DNA of 64,000 nucleotides from a virus (IMGVR_UViG_3300037067_007156:557519-621518), one strand, 5' to 3'; positions 8,449 to 19,825 are shown, counted from the stretch's first letter. Notes: generated by a model from the sequence alone, not told the origin. Numbers and translations: made by a program.

Positions 8449-8643
8449 ATGACGAAATTTGATAATTTAGATATTTCAATTCGGTGTTATCAATCTTTAA
8501 ATAAATTAAATATTAAATATCTGGAAGAATTATCTAATTATACTCCAGATGAATTATTATCAACTCATTTCATCATTAAGAAAACTATTCAGGAGTTAGA
8601 AGAACAAATGATGAAATATAATATCTCGTGGCGTTCTAAATAA
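8449..8643 (+). CDS. Stand-alone RNA polymerase alpha-CTD-like protein
   Basis: LDISIRCYQSLNKLNIKYLEEL...ELL...KKTIQEL matches the alpha-CTD pattern LDLSVRxxNxLxxxxIxxIxDL...KKSLxEI. Confidence 0.7.
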   Translation: MTKFDNLDISIRCYQSLNKLNIKYLEELSNYTPDELLSTHFIIKKTIQELEEQMMKYNISWRSK

Positions 8644-8726
8644 TAAATCTTTCTTAATTTAAAACTTTTTATTTTTTTAGAACTAAATATGAGTACAGTT
8701 CTTGGAAAAAAAATAATGATAAATGT

Positions 8727-9314
8727 GTGGAAGATTTTTTTATAGAAATTCAGTCAAAAGATTTACATAAATCTTTGACATTTTATGCCAAAAAACTCTG
8801 TAACTATAATGTTACAGAATATGAAGATTTAGTTCAGGAAACATATTTAAAAGCAATCGACAAAAAAGATTTTTTCAAATCGGAAAAGGCTGATATGAAA
8901 TATTGGTTGATATCTATAATGCGTAATATTTTTATAGATAAAAAACGAAAAAATCTTATTGAAACTAAAATGTATCCAGTTTCTTTGTTCAAAGAAGGGG
9001 GGAATAATGATGACTATCATGATACAGTCGATGAACGAGAAGAATTAGGTATTTACGATGAAACTTTAAATCCACTTGAAATTTTAGAAAACCGTGAATT
9101 TCATGATAAGGTTAAATATCTCAAAAAAAATTTGAGGAATTATATTAAAAATGATAACATGTATTATGTAGTGATGGCTCGTTTAATGAATATTAAATAC
9201 ATAGATATAGAAAAGTTGTTCGGTATTGATATAGAAGCCTGTAAAGCTTTGTATTTTAGATTTAAAAAAAATAAAGTAGAAAAACTCAAAGAAGAAATGG
9301 AAACATATATTTAA
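8727..9314 (+). CDS. ECF-type sigma-70 factor
   Basis: Region 2 motif EDLVQETYLKA...YWLISIMRNIFID; degenerate region 4. Confidence 0.85.
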   Translation: MEDFFIEIQSKDLHKSLTFYAKKLCNYNVTEYEDLVQETYLKAIDKKDFFKSEKADMKYWLISIMRNIFIDKKRKNLIETKMYPVSLFKEGGNNDDYHDTVDEREELGIYDETLNPLEILENREFHDKVKYLKKNLRNYIKNDNMYYVVMARLMNIKYIDIEKLFGIDIEACKALYFRFKKNKVEKLKEEMETYI

Positions 9315-10053
9315 TCTTATGGAAATAACAACTAATAATGTTTATGAAGTATACGATAAATTAAAATTTTTTAATTTTGATTTAGAAGAGTCTGGATTGA
9401 ATAAAGTTGATATTGAAAAAATGATATCATTTTTTATTAATAAGGACGAATTTGAAAATGTTTTAATTCTTCAAAGATTTTTACAAGAATATTAACAAAT
9501 TTCCCAGCAGGTCTTATAAAAATTAAAATATGAAGATATGCTAAAAGCACAAAAGGTCACGTAAGTGGCCTATCCAGAAAGGACAAAAAAAGGAAAAGAT
9601 GCACCGAAAAATTCAATGAAATTTTTCGGTTTTTCTTGTTATCTTACCGTTACGGTATTTTAGATTTTTGTGGGTCTGATGTTAAAACATCGGGAAATCT
9701 AACATGCCAAGATGGTAAGTTTTGTTTTAGAAAGTTTGATAACGGTGAATATTCCAAGGAAGAAATATATAATACTGGAATACCTACTCGGCAACCCAAT
9801 GTTTTAAAAAGTATAATAGTAGGAAAGAAATCGTGGGGGCTTCATGTTAAAATGTGGAGTGAAGGAATTTCAGAATGTTTGTTTACTTTAGATGAAATTA
9901 AAGAAAATTTTATTAAATTTGGACTTATTATTCCAGAATCATTATTATTAGATTTAGAAAATACTATTAGAAAATATAAAATTAAAGAATTTAATAGATG
10001 GATAAGTAATTTATGAAAAATATTCGAAACAATTGATTAAAATATAATAACGT

Positions 10054-10458
10054 ATGGAAATAAATGCAGGTTTAGTTGTAATTTCTGATAATAAAATATT
10101 ATTGATGCATCCAAAAGGAAAGGAAAACAAACATGAGTGGAGTATTCCAAAGGGTACTATTGAAAATGGTGAAGGTGTAATGGAAACCGCTATTCGGGAA
10201 ACCTACGAAGAAACAGGTGTTATTATTAACCCAAATGATATAGAAAGTGATATGCACATTTTTTATTATAGAAAGAAAAATAAAGATGTAATAAAATATA
10301 TTTATTATTATATAGTTAATATCAGGCCAGAAGATGTTAAAATAAATAACTCCGTTATTCCAAATAAAGAAGTGGATAAGTTTGGGTTTTTTACAAAAGA
10401 AGAAGCCGAGGAAAAATTAAAAATTAAACAAACTATTGTATTAAAATATTTGGTATGA
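10054..10458 (+). CDS. NUDIX hydrolase
   Basis: Nudix box GTIENGEGVMETAIRETYEETG. Confidence 0.92.
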   Translation: MEINAGLVVISDNKILLMHPKGKENKHEWSIPKGTIENGEGVMETAIRETYEETGVIINPNDIESDMHIFYYRKKNKDVIKYIYYYIVNIRPEDVKINNSVIPNKEVDKFGFFTKEEAEEKLKIKQTIVLKYLV

Positions 10459-11014
10459 ATTATTTTCCTTTTGAAGAATATGATAAAATTATAATATATG
10501 CTATTGGTTTTAATATTGAAAATCAGTATTTTATTAAATTTTTTAATTATTTAAAATATGATTATCAAAATAACATTCGTAAAAAATTTCATAACGAATT
10601 AGAAGAGATAGATGTTAGGATAATAAATAATGATGAAATAAATAATTATGATATAAACAAAATAGATTGTTTCATGTATTTACATCCCATATCCATAAAA
10701 CGTAATAATTTCTCTTATAATCGATATCATTGGCATAATTATAATAGATTGTGTGACTTATCTTTGAATGTTCAATTCAAGTCTGAAAAAAAACATGAAA
10801 TCTGGTTAAATACTATACAAAAAGATAGATATGGATTTAAAGAACATTTTACTGAAGATATAAATGAATATTTTAATTCGATTATTTTAAAAATAACTCG
10901 ACAAGAAAAAATAAAATCTTTATATATTTAGATAAATATTTTTGTAAAATTATCTAATAGAACCAAACTTTTTAAATATATAGTTCTATATTATAAAAAA
11001 TAAAATATAAAAAA

Positions 11015-11404
11015 ATGGGAGCATATGTGTTTATAGGATTAATTATTTTAATTATCGGTGTATTTGGTTTTGTATTTTACAAAAGAAAAAAAGATAACAA
11101 AAAAATTGTAGATGGTACAACACCAGAAATAGGTGGTGATTGGGAAGTCACAGAACCGAGTAAAGAGGAATTGAGCAAATATGATGAGTTGTTTGTATTA
11201 ACTCCAGATGTTACTGAAGAAGTTTCAACAACTAAAATACAAGAAAAAAAGGTTTATATTGATAAAACCTTAGACGAAATAAAACAAGAATCTATTAAAG
11301 AAACTAAGAAAGTAATTAAAAAAGTATCAGAAGATAAACCAATTAAAAAGACAACTGTTGCTAAGAAACCAACGAGTCAAAAGAAACCTAAAAATACTAA
11401 ATAA
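11015..11404 (+). CDS. Single-pass membrane protein with Lys-rich tail
   Basis: N-terminal hydrophobic helix followed by KRKK. Confidence 0.6.
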   Translation: MGAYVFIGLIILIIGVFGFVFYKRKKDNKKIVDGTTPEIGGDWEVTEPSKEELSKYDELFVLTPDVTEEVSTTKIQEKKVYIDKTLDEIKQESIKETKKVIKKVSEDKPIKKTTVAKKPTSQKKPKNTK

Positions 11405-11438
11405 AAACTACTAATTAAATCATCTTGGGCGCAAAAAG

Positions 11439-11468
11439 AAAAACCACTGATTTTCAGTGGTTTTTTTA
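11439..11468. terminator. Bidirectional terminator between convergent genes
   Basis: AAAACCACTGA-TTT-TCAGTGGTTTT. Confidence 0.8.
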
Positions 11469-11469
11469 T

Positions 11470-12360
11470 TTAAAATTTTCCAACATCGTCTTTTTTAATA
11501 TATCCCAGTTTATCCATTGCATCTCTTAAATTACCAAGCTTATTATCATCATCAAAGTTTATAATAGTATTAATCATTTTTTTAACACCATTTTTATTAT
11601 TAGTTATTTTGATATTATTTATTTGTTGGTCTAAGGATGTGGTTGCTGTATTTGGTGCGGTTTTTTCAAGTTCTGCCATATTTTTATAAATTTTCATATA
11701 AACATTATTGTTAAACCAGTCGATTATTAATTTTTTTAAATTAGTTAATTGGTCATCCGTTGCTGCTTCGTTTACAAATTTATAACTCGCATTTACATTT
11801 TGATTGGTGTTAGTTTCACCAGATGTATTTGTTTCTTCGCCAATATTCAATTTTAATTCTTCAAACTCTTTTATACCTATTCCTTTACCCATGTTTTCCA
11901 CCATTGAATTTGAAAAGGAAACCATCATTTCTTGTTTATTTTTTGCATCCTTCTGGCTAAATATTTTTTGAAACTCTTTTGGAGCTTCTTTTCCAAATAT
12001 TTGGTCAAATGAAACTTTATTGTTATTTAATTTCGTTGAAGCTGCTTTAAAAGAAGCATCTAATAATACAACATTAGAATAAACAGCATCTCTTACTTTA
12101 TTCAATGCTGTTGCTTTATTCATTTCAGAAGTAAATGTATTTTTGTTAACATCTAAAAAACCTTTCATAGTGTTAAATACATCTTTTGGATTTTTCTTGG
12201 ATTCTATTTCTTTAAGCACTTTATCCCCTTGTTGAGAAAACACTTCATCGATATTTTGAAATAATTTACTAAAAAAATTCTTTAATGAACTCAATACACC
12301 TTCATTCATACTGTTTATATCGCCACTACTATAATTATCAAATGTTTTAAGATATTTCAT
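11470..12360 (-). CDS. Hypothetical protein, probably virion-internal
   Basis: MKYLKTFDNY...MNE N-terminus; lies in the structural module. Confidence 0.55.
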   Translation of the reverse strand: MKYLKTFDNYSSGDINSMNEGVLSSLKNFFSKLFQNIDEVFSQQGDKVLKEIESKKNPKDVFNTMKGFLDVNKNTFTSEMNKATALNKVRDAVYSNVVLLDASFKAASTKLNNNKVSFDQIFGKEAPKEFQKIFSQKDAKNKQEMMVSFSNSMVENMGKGIGIKEFEELKLNIGEETNTSGETNTNQNVNASYKFVNEAATDDQLTNLKKLIIDWFNNNVYMKIYKNMAELEKTAPNTATTSLDQQINNIKITNNKNGVKKMINTIINFDDDNKLGNLRDAMDKLGYIKKDDVGKF

Positions 12361-12399
12361 TTTATATTTTTATTTTTAACTATATATAAATTTTTAATA

Positions 12400-13922
12400 T
12401 TAACCTACTTTTATGCCAACCGGATTTAAGGCATAATTGAATAATTCAATAACCAATGATAAAAATAGTTGTGGGAAAGCTTCCATGATATTCATACCCG
12501 TGTTAAAAGAACCAATTAATTTATTTAATTTTGTAATATTTTCTTCTGTATTAGCCCAACCTAATATTTTTAACCCATCAGATTTTAAATATGTATTTAT
12601 ATCTTCTTTTTGCTTTTTACTCTTTTTTGCTTTTCCGAATTTTTTAGTGATAGATTCATATAATTTAGAGAAACCTGATATAATTGTATCTATGACCCCT
12701 ACGAGAAGTTTTTTAACACTATCGGTAGTTGGCTTCATCATTTCTAATAACTTATTAAAAGCATCGAAATTGAAGGATAATATACCAGTTAATGTATTAA
12801 TAAGTTGTTTAAATAATCCGATTAAAAAATCAATAGGAAATTTTATTATCCCAGTAATTAATTTTTTATTGTTTCTGTAAATGCTGATGATGGATTGTTC
12901 CCAAGTTTGGTATCAAGTTGTCCCTGTAATTCATTTAATTTTTTCTTATTTTCACTTCCATTTAGTTTATCATCTATTTTTTTATTTTGGCTATCTATAT
13001 TAATATTCGCATTTTTAAATCTTCTATCAGCTTTCTTTTTCCTTGTTATAAGTGTTTTATTTTCATCATTTATTTTTTTATTTTCAGTTTTTAATGTTTC
13101 ATATTTTGCTAATTCTTCTATGGTTTTATCACTTTTATTTTTCAAATTATTTAAATCAGTATTAGATTTTTTTAATTTGACATTGCTCTCTGTTAATAAT
13201 TTAGTAGATTCGTCTACTTCCTTTTTAGCATTATTTAATTCTGGTTGTAACGTATTTGTTAAATAATCCATTTCTACCTTTGGTGATATATAATTTTTAG
13301 TGAATTTTGTTAATTCGGTTTTTATTTGTTTTTGTAAACCACTAAGTTCATTGCTTTCTTTAACAGGTATCGAAAAAGTAGTTTTAAGTAATCCTTTATT
13401 ATCTATTTTGGGAATTTTAAGTTCAAAACCTAAAATATCGAATGAAAATTCTGGTATGGGTATATTTATTTTAGATAATGCGCCCAAAAATTTATTAATT
13501 ATCCATGTTGCTGTATCCGTGAAAATCTGAACTACTTCTTTCATAAGTTCTTTTATTTTTTTAGGAATAGAAGTTATAAATTCAGCATTACTTGTATTGG
13601 TTGGATTTTTTAAGGCATCTTTTAATTTTTTAACTAAATCTGTAATTGTAAAAACTTGTTGAGCAAATGTACCAATAGCTTTAATGATTAATCTAATAAA
13701 AGCGTCTATAAGGGTAGTTAAACCCGGTTCATTAACATCTGGAATGTTATTTTCCTCATAAATACGTTTTTGTATAACAGTTTTACTTTCTTTATTAAAA
13801 TCAACAGAAATGTTAAAAACATTTGCTACGAATTCATCAACTAATTTATCCACTGGAAATTTAATTGTTAATGTTGATGATATCTCAACTGGTACACCTT
13901 CATATACACTATTAACAGCCAT
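12400..13922 (-). CDS. Coiled-coil/amphipathic structural-module protein split by a -1 frameshift at about 12860
   Basis: After ATA AAA AAT TAA, the -1 frame (KLITGIIKFPIDFLIG...LEMMKPTTDS) runs without a stop into ORF 12400..12741. Confidence 0.6.
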
Positions 13923-14779
13923 TAGTATTCGTTAAATTTTTTAATCTCTAATTTTTCAGTTTTTATAGGGTATTTAATAGGTTCTGATAAAATTATTTTT
14001 TTGGTTTCAAACATATTCATTTCATTACCACTTATTAGATTAGTGATTAATGTTAAATCATTATTTTTTATTCTTTCTATTATATACCTAAAAGTTTCAT
14101 CATCAGTATTTCTCATATAATCTTCAAAATAATTCTGAATATTATTAGCAGAATATATATTTTGAACCTCGTCATCATAAAAATAAACATTTTCATACCA
14201 ATCTTGCTTTAAAGGCACAAATTTATTACCCATTATTTTTACACCAACTAAATGTTCAAGCAAAACTTTCATTTTTTCAAATGCTCTTTTATCTGATGTG
14301 TTATGAGTAAATTCACCCACATAATATATTTTGGTTAAATTTAAATTCAATTGTTTTAATTTTTCTCTTAATAAATTAAGATATTCTTGTTCGTTATCCT
14401 GATTCATTCTACCCGTTAATATACCAATATCTACATTTTTATCTTTTAAATGAAGAATGTTTTTTAAGTTAAAATTTATTTTTTTGATATAATTAGGGTC
14501 AAATAATTCACGTTTCGATATTCCTAATAATTCGGGGTCTATATTCTTTTTTTTCTGAATACGGTCTAATAAATTTTTTGAAATCCAATATGTCGAATCA
14601 TTATATTCAATCTCAATTTTATCATTGATATACATTTTATTCTTAATATTTAAATATTCAAGAAAACTTATTTTAAGTAATGGTTTGTTTGGATTGTCTT
14701 TAGATATAATCCACACCTTACCAATAATATTCCATAATGTATTATCTAAATCGTAAAAATGTATTTCTTTATTTAACAT
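13922..14779 (-). CDS. HAD-superfamily hydrolase-like protein
   Basis: FYDLDNTL motif I; ILTGR motif II; YFYDD motif IV. Confidence 0.7.
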   Translation of the reverse strand: MLNKEIHFYDLDNTLWNIIGKVWIISKDNPNKPLLKISFLEYLNIKNKMYINDKIEIEYNDSTYWISKNLLDRIQKKKNIDPELLGISKRELFDPNYIKKINFNLKNILHLKDKNVDIGILTGRMNQDNEQEYLNLLREKLKQLNLNLTKIYYVGEFTHNTSDKRAFEKMKVLLEHLVGVKIMGNKFVPLKQDWYENVYFYDDEVQNIYSANNIQNYFEDYMRNTDDETFRYIIERIKNNDLTLITNLISGNEMNMFETKKIILSEPIKYPIKTEKLEIKKFNEY

Positions 14780-14852
14780 TGAATAAAAATATTTTTCTTT
14801 ATATATTAAAAAATGAAAGGTTTAAAATAATAAATCATTGTTTTGGATAGTA

Positions 14853-15770
14853 TCACATGATAGGTATTATATAACTCTTTATAATCTCACAAATATCTTC
14901 GATTGATATTTTATTTTTTAAAAAATCATTTTGATTTATTCTAATAAATTTACATTTAAAATGTTCTTCTATATACGTTTGCCTAACAATATCTTTTTCT
15001 TTATATTTTTTACTCTGGTGTTTTCTTTCATCCCACTCTAAAACAATATTATAACTTGATATAAAACCATCTACAAAGTATTTATAAAATTGTTTTTCGC
15101 CACCATTCAAAGCATGTTGTATATGTAAATTTGTTTTTTCTGAAATTATATCGAATGTTTGTATGGAAAATGTATTATATTTTGGTATTAATTTGAAAAA
15201 AACATCACCATATTTTTCTTTTAAATAATTGATAGATTTAATTTTAATGTCTTCATTTTGTGCTGGGTATTTTGTGCCATATCTTTTAATGTTTGTAATA
15301 TAAGATTTTTCTCTAATACTTTCATTTTGTATTGGATATTCAAAACCATATCGTTGTAATGAAGTTTTTAATATTTTATTTCTAACTTCTGGGTTTTTGA
15401 TTGGATTATCAACACCATATTTTTTCAAATTTGTTTCTTCAATTTTTTTCCTAATATATTTATTAGAAATTGGATTTTTTACACCATATTTTTCAATATT
15501 CGTGTTTTCCCGTTTTAATTTACAACATTCCAGAGAACAAGCATAATAATTATATTTTTTAAAACTTTTATTGTAATTTTGATATGGTATTCTGTGTATT
15601 TTATTACATATATCACAACGAACATAAACTTTGATGTTAGAATTGCTTTGTAAGTCATCAATATTCACTTTAAAAATATCATACATTTTTGTAAATAAAT
15701 ATCCTCGCTCTATATAATATTGTTTGTTTCTTGAAAACCATTTCACAAATACATGTTTACATAATAACAT
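14853..15770 (-). CDS. Homing-endonuclease-like protein (Zn finger, KYGVxNP repeats, PD-(D/E)xK/DUF559-like C-terminus)
   Basis: CDIC; tandem TNxxKYGVxNP repeats; VDGF...VLEWDE..H. Confidence 0.7.
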   Translation of the reverse strand: MLLCKHVFVKWFSRNKQYYIERGYLFTKMYDIFKVNIDDLQSNSNIKVYVRCDICNKIHRIPYQNYNKSFKKYNYYACSLECCKLKRENTNIEKYGVKNPISNKYIRKKIEETNLKKYGVDNPIKNPEVRNKILKTSLQRYGFEYPIQNESIREKSYITNIKRYGTKYPAQNEDIKIKSINYLKEKYGDVFFKLIPKYNTFSIQTFDIISEKTNLHIQHALNGGEKQFYKYFVDGFISSYNIVLEWDERKHQSKKYKEKDIVRQTYIEEHFKCKFIRINQNDFLKNKISIEDICEIIKSYIIPIM

Positions 15771-15813
15771 AAAATAATTTGTTTTTTAATAAAAAACCGC
15801 CCAAAGGCGGTTT

Positions 15814-16056
15814 TTAAAACTTAGGATAATTGAAGTTTGGCATTTTTGGCATTGAGAAATTACCAATATTACTTTGTTGCTTCATCCTATCAGACTCTTC
15901 ATTTTGTTTCTTATATTCTTCTTCTTCCTTTTTGTTCTTTTCATTTAATAATTTGACGTATTCTTCATATTCCCAATAAGACCAACTATCTATTACAGTC
16001 GTTGGTTGGTGAGTTTGAACCATAAACTCAAATTTATTTCGCAATAAAGTTGTCAA
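15814..16056 (-). CDS. Small baseplate-associated protein
   Basis: Directly follows the gp26-like gene; WSYWEYEEYVKLL coiled coil. Confidence 0.4.
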   Translation of the reverse strand: MTTLLRNKFEFMVQTHQPTTVIDSWSYWEYEEYVKLLNEKNKKEEEEYKKQNEESDRMKQQSNIGNFSMPKMPNFNYPKF

Positions 16057-16987
16057 AGTAATCTGGAATAACGAAAAGACTCGCAGCTCCGTATTTTTGA
16101 AAGTTCATCGTAGAGTAGACCTCCGTGCTACAATTTGGACATACCGTTTTTAATTTTTCAATACCGAATTTCATTCTATCAACAAATTGGTTTATAATCT
16201 GGAATGTATCCATATCCATAGATTTGAACTCTTTTTCTTTAGCTTCAATACCTTCATCTGTGATTTTATCCCTATCATATAACATATAAGGTAAAATTTT
16301 CAATAAAGAAATATTAGGATTTTTTTGTTCATTAACTTTTGTTTTAATGTTGTTGTAAAACACTTCCTGAATTCCTATTGTTGGTGGTGAAATTTTCCAT
16401 TGACTGTTGTTAATATTTAAAACATAACATTTTTCATTAGGGTCATAATATTTCTCTAATTCAGCTGGCCTTTCAAAATTAACAAAGGTTCTTGGCATAG
16501 TGTCACTTGGTGTGGCACGAAATGAAATTTTAAATTCGTGTTTACAATGTTCACATACGTGGTCTTTAGCTAATGTATTACCTCTCTGAAATGTTAATTC
16601 TTTAATCATAAAAATTAAAAAAATTCTATCAGCATCTTTTATATTTTTATAAGACCCTATAGCACCGTTCGAATGAATATATCTAACACAAGCTGATAAC
16701 ATTTCATTCATTTTTTCTGTTATATCAATGTAATTTTTTTCATCTACTACACTGTATGCTTGAACTTCAGAAACATTCGCTGAACGTATTTTTATTTGAG
16801 TTCCCTTTTTATAAAACGAACCTGCTGGTAATATATCAATAGGTACGTTAATAAAATTTAACGTTGAATTAGAAATTGGTTGCTGTTTAATAGTATCCTT
16901 AATTTCTCTCACATCATTAGCTGTATCTTGTAAAAAATTATCAAGATATTCCATTTGTTCTTCTTCTTTCTTTGGCATTATAAACAA
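16034..16987 (-). CDS. T4 gp26-like baseplate hub subunit (likely start ATG at 16978)
   Basis: LPAGSFY, DRIFLIFMIK, CEHC/CPNC Zn motifs; next to the tail tube gene. Confidence 0.65.
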   Translation of the reverse strand: MFIMPKKEEEQMEYLDNFLQDTANDVREIKDTIKQQPISNSTLNFINVPIDILPAGSFYKKGTQIKIRSANVSEVQAYSVVDEKNYIDITEKMNEMLSACVRYIHSNGAIGSYKNIKDADRIFLIFMIKELTFQRGNTLAKDHVCEHCKHEFKISFRATPSDTMPRTFVNFERPAELEKYYDPNEKCYVLNINNSQWKISPPTIGIQEVFYNNIKTKVNEQKNPNISLLKILPYMLYDRDKITDEGIEAKEKEFKSMDMDTFQIINQFVDRMKFGIEKLKTVCPNCSTEVYSTMNFQKYGAASLFVIPDYFDNFIAK

Positions 16988-17113
16988 ATTATTTTTTATT
17001 ACTATTATATATTATATAAATATGGGTCTAATGAAAATTATTTCATTAAACCAATTAGAATATAAAACATTTTTCAAAAAATATAAATTTTATTAGAAAT
17101 ATGTGTTTATATA

Positions 17114-17779
17114 TTAAAATATTTTATTGAATTTTTCTCTATTTTCATCTTTCCACAATGGTTGTAAATTTGAGAGCGCATTTACAATATTTAACGGTGT
17201 GTCTTCGGAGAATGATGAAACAGGTATAACGTGGTCTATTTCCCAATCACCATGATTATTCCATGACATACCAACTTCAAATAAAGATTCTATGTGTATT
17301 TTTAAATCATTAGCTGAATAACCTAAAATAACTATTGTGTGTTGTTCTTTTATAGTATTAAACTGTTTTATAACACGATATAGAATACTTCTCCATGCTA
17401 TTACATGTGGATTATTTTTTCTATATTTATCTTGTAGCTCGTTTAAATGTTTTCTATTATTTAATCTATATTCTTTTTGATTTGATTTTGTTTCTGGTTT
17501 ATTTCGGTATTCTTTCTTTTTAATTAATATATTTTCTTTATTTTCTTTATGATATAATTTTTTGTTATTTAATATATGTTCTTTATTTTTAGTATAATAT
17601 TCCTTATCATACTCAATTCTATCTTGAATATTTTTTTCTCTATACGATGGCATTTCTTTATTAACACAATCTTTACATTTTGATTGATATCGTTGTTCAC
17701 CTGTTGATGTTTTATATTTTTTAGAGAATTCGTTTATCGGTTTTTCTTTATGACACTGTGAACATATTTTAGTTTCCAT
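17114..17779 (-). CDS. HNH homing endonuclease
   Basis: CxxC...CxxC N-terminus; WEIDHVIP...NLQPLW..EN HNH motif. Confidence 0.85.
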   Translation of the reverse strand: METKICSQCHKEKPINEFSKKYKTSTGEQRYQSKCKDCVNKEMPSYREKNIQDRIEYDKEYYTKNKEHILNNKKLYHKENKENILIKKKEYRNKPETKSNQKEYRLNNRKHLNELQDKYRKNNPHVIAWRSILYRVIKQFNTIKEQHTIVILGYSANDLKIHIESLFEVGMSWNNHGDWEIDHVIPVSSFSEDTPLNIVNALSNLQPLWKDENREKFNKIF

Positions 17780-17882
17780 TTATAAAACATTTTTTATTAT
17801 ATATAAAATCAAATAGGTTTCAAATGAAAAACCCACCAATTTAAAAATCAGTGGGTTATAAGGTAATATTTGTTATAAAATT

Positions 17883-18446
17883 CTAATAGTAGAAATCTTC
17901 CCAATAATCAACATAAAAATGTGCGGTTAATTCCATAATAGCTGTTACTTCAGACCATGCCACATCTTCCATACCTGAAAACTCATTTAACATAGCGTTA
18001 TGACAGGTCACCCTTCTTATAACTTCACCTTCTTTATCGTGAAGGTAAATTATGACATCGCCAATCATATTTTTCTTGTAAGAAACAGAACCATCTTCAT
18101 TGTTCCAAGCAAGGTCGTACCAGTCTTTCATCATTCTGAAATTGAATATTTGTTTCTGGTCATTTTGATTAAGATTGAATTTAATAGCCAAATCATCAAT
18201 AGATGTAGAATCGGGTAACATAGTGAACAATCTTGTTGAATATTTAAATCTTTGTTCTGCTTTACCTAATTTTGGATATTTAGGGAAATTAATTCCAGTA
18301 GTATTTTCTAATAGTAAACTGGTTGCATTTGGATGTAAATCAGAAATAGGAGCTGGTAAAATTATATCAACTTCATATAACGATTTGTGTATTGGTTCAA
18401 AAGTAGCTACGTGACTTTGAACGTTAGTAAAATGTGGTAGAGACAT
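17883..18446 (-). CDS. Tail tube protein (T4 gp19-like)
   Basis: 187 aa downstream of the sheath; MKDWYDL...G..SYKKN and FYVDYWED C-terminus. Confidence 0.8.
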   Translation of the reverse strand: MSLPHFTNVQSHVATFEPIHKSLYEVDIILPAPISDLHPNATSLLLENTTGINFPKYPKLGKAEQRFKYSTRLFTMLPDSTSIDDLAIKFNLNQNDQKQIFNFRMMKDWYDLAWNNEDGSVSYKKNMIGDVIIYLHDKEGEVIRRVTCHNAMLNEFSGMEDVAWSEVTAIMELTAHFYVDYWEDFYY

Positions 18447-18656
18447 TGTATATTCATTATTTTTTATTTAATAGTATATATTAATATTAAAAATCAATTT
18501 TTAGAATCTGTTAGTAACATTATATATTTTTTATTTTTTATCGTTTTTTGATGTTTTTTATAAATAATACATTAATATTTTTTATGAAGTTATTTTTGTT
18601 TTTATAAAACAAAACAATTATTTATTTATAATTATAAAAAATGAATTGTTAATTAA

Positions 18657-19793
18657 ATGATTATTTGTGATTTTGTAAAAATTGTAACTTGTAGTACATT
18701 TTGTATTTCTTATTATAAGAATTTAGGATATGCTATAAAAAAAGGTGAATATATAGATATTAAAATTGAAGATTTACCTGTAAATTCTTCTATAAAAATT
18801 GAAGCAAAATGTGATTATTGTGGTAAAATTAAAAATATAAGTTATCTTAATTATAATAGAAATTTTGCTCGTCAAAATAAATTTTCTTGTTCTAAAAAAT
18901 GTTCACAGCATAAAACTAAAGATACTAATATTAAAAAATATGGTGTTGACAATCCATCTAAAAATGAAACCATAAAGGAAAATAAGAAAAAAACTAATAT
19001 TAAAAAATATGGATTTGAAAGTGCTAGTCAAAATGAAGAAGTGAAAAATAAAATAAAAAATACTAATCTCATGAAATATGGTGTTGAATGTAATTTAACA
19101 TTAGACACAGTAAAAGAACAAATTAAAAGAACTAATTTGAAAAAATATGGTGTTGATAATCCAGCAAAAAACGAAAATATTAAGAATAAAATAAAAGAGA
19201 CTAATATTAAAAAATATGGTTGTCATTATACACTGGGTAATTCAATAATTAAAGAAAAAGCATTAAAAACATTATATGATAATTATGGTGTAACAGTTCC
19301 TCTTAAAAATGAAAATATAAAAGAAAAATTAAAACAAACTTGTTTAAAAAAATATGGTGTTAATAACCCCCTTAAAGATGAAAATATCATTTGTAAAATG
19401 ATTAAAACGAATATTGATAGATATGGGGAATTTATATTTAAATATGTTCCAAAATATAATCCGTTATCTATATGTGTATTTGATGAAATAGCTGAACAAT
19501 TGAATATTAATATACAACACGCATTAAACGGCGGTGAGAAACAATTTTATAAATATTTTGTAGATGGTTTTATTCAAGGATATAATATTGTTTTAGAATG
19601 GGATGAACCAAAACATTTTTACAAAAAACAAAAAGAAATTGATATTAAAAGACAAACATACATTGAAAATAATTTTGAGTGTAAATTCATTAGAATAAAT
19701 CAAAAAGAATATTTCAGTGATGAAATTATTCAATTCAATTTATTAGTAGATAATATTAATAATATAATAAAAACAAAAAAGGTTCATTTCTGA
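18657..19793 (+). CDS. Homing-endonuclease-like protein (KYGVxNP repeats), paralog of 14853..15770
   Basis: Shared IQHALNGGEKQFYKYFVDGFI...VLEWDE; inserted antisense between tube and sheath. Confidence 0.7.
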   Translation: MIICDFVKIVTCSTFCISYYKNLGYAIKKGEYIDIKIEDLPVNSSIKIEAKCDYCGKIKNISYLNYNRNFARQNKFSCSKKCSQHKTKDTNIKKYGVDNPSKNETIKENKKKTNIKKYGFESASQNEEVKNKIKNTNLMKYGVECNLTLDTVKEQIKRTNLKKYGVDNPAKNENIKNKIKETNIKKYGCHYTLGNSIIKEKALKTLYDNYGVTVPLKNENIKEKLKQTCLKKYGVNNPLKDENIICKMIKTNIDRYGEFIFKYVPKYNPLSICVFDEIAEQLNINIQHALNGGEKQFYKYFVDGFIQGYNIVLEWDEPKHFYKKQKEIDIKRQTYIENNFECKFIRINQKEYFSDEIIQFNLLVDNINNIIKTKKVHF

Positions 19794-19825
19794 ACCTTTT
19801 CCGTTTATTATTTGAGTATTAAGCA

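Noticed and set aside
12437-13530. Hydrophobic plus-strand ORFs (12437, 12895, 13300) and similar antisense ORFs elsewhere
   Set aside because: They are antisense shadows of Lys/Glu/Asn-rich real genes.
15814-16056. Tail-chaperone-style frameshift between the gp26-like gene and the next ORF
   Set aside because: There is no clear slippery heptamer, and a short overlap with an independent start explains it.
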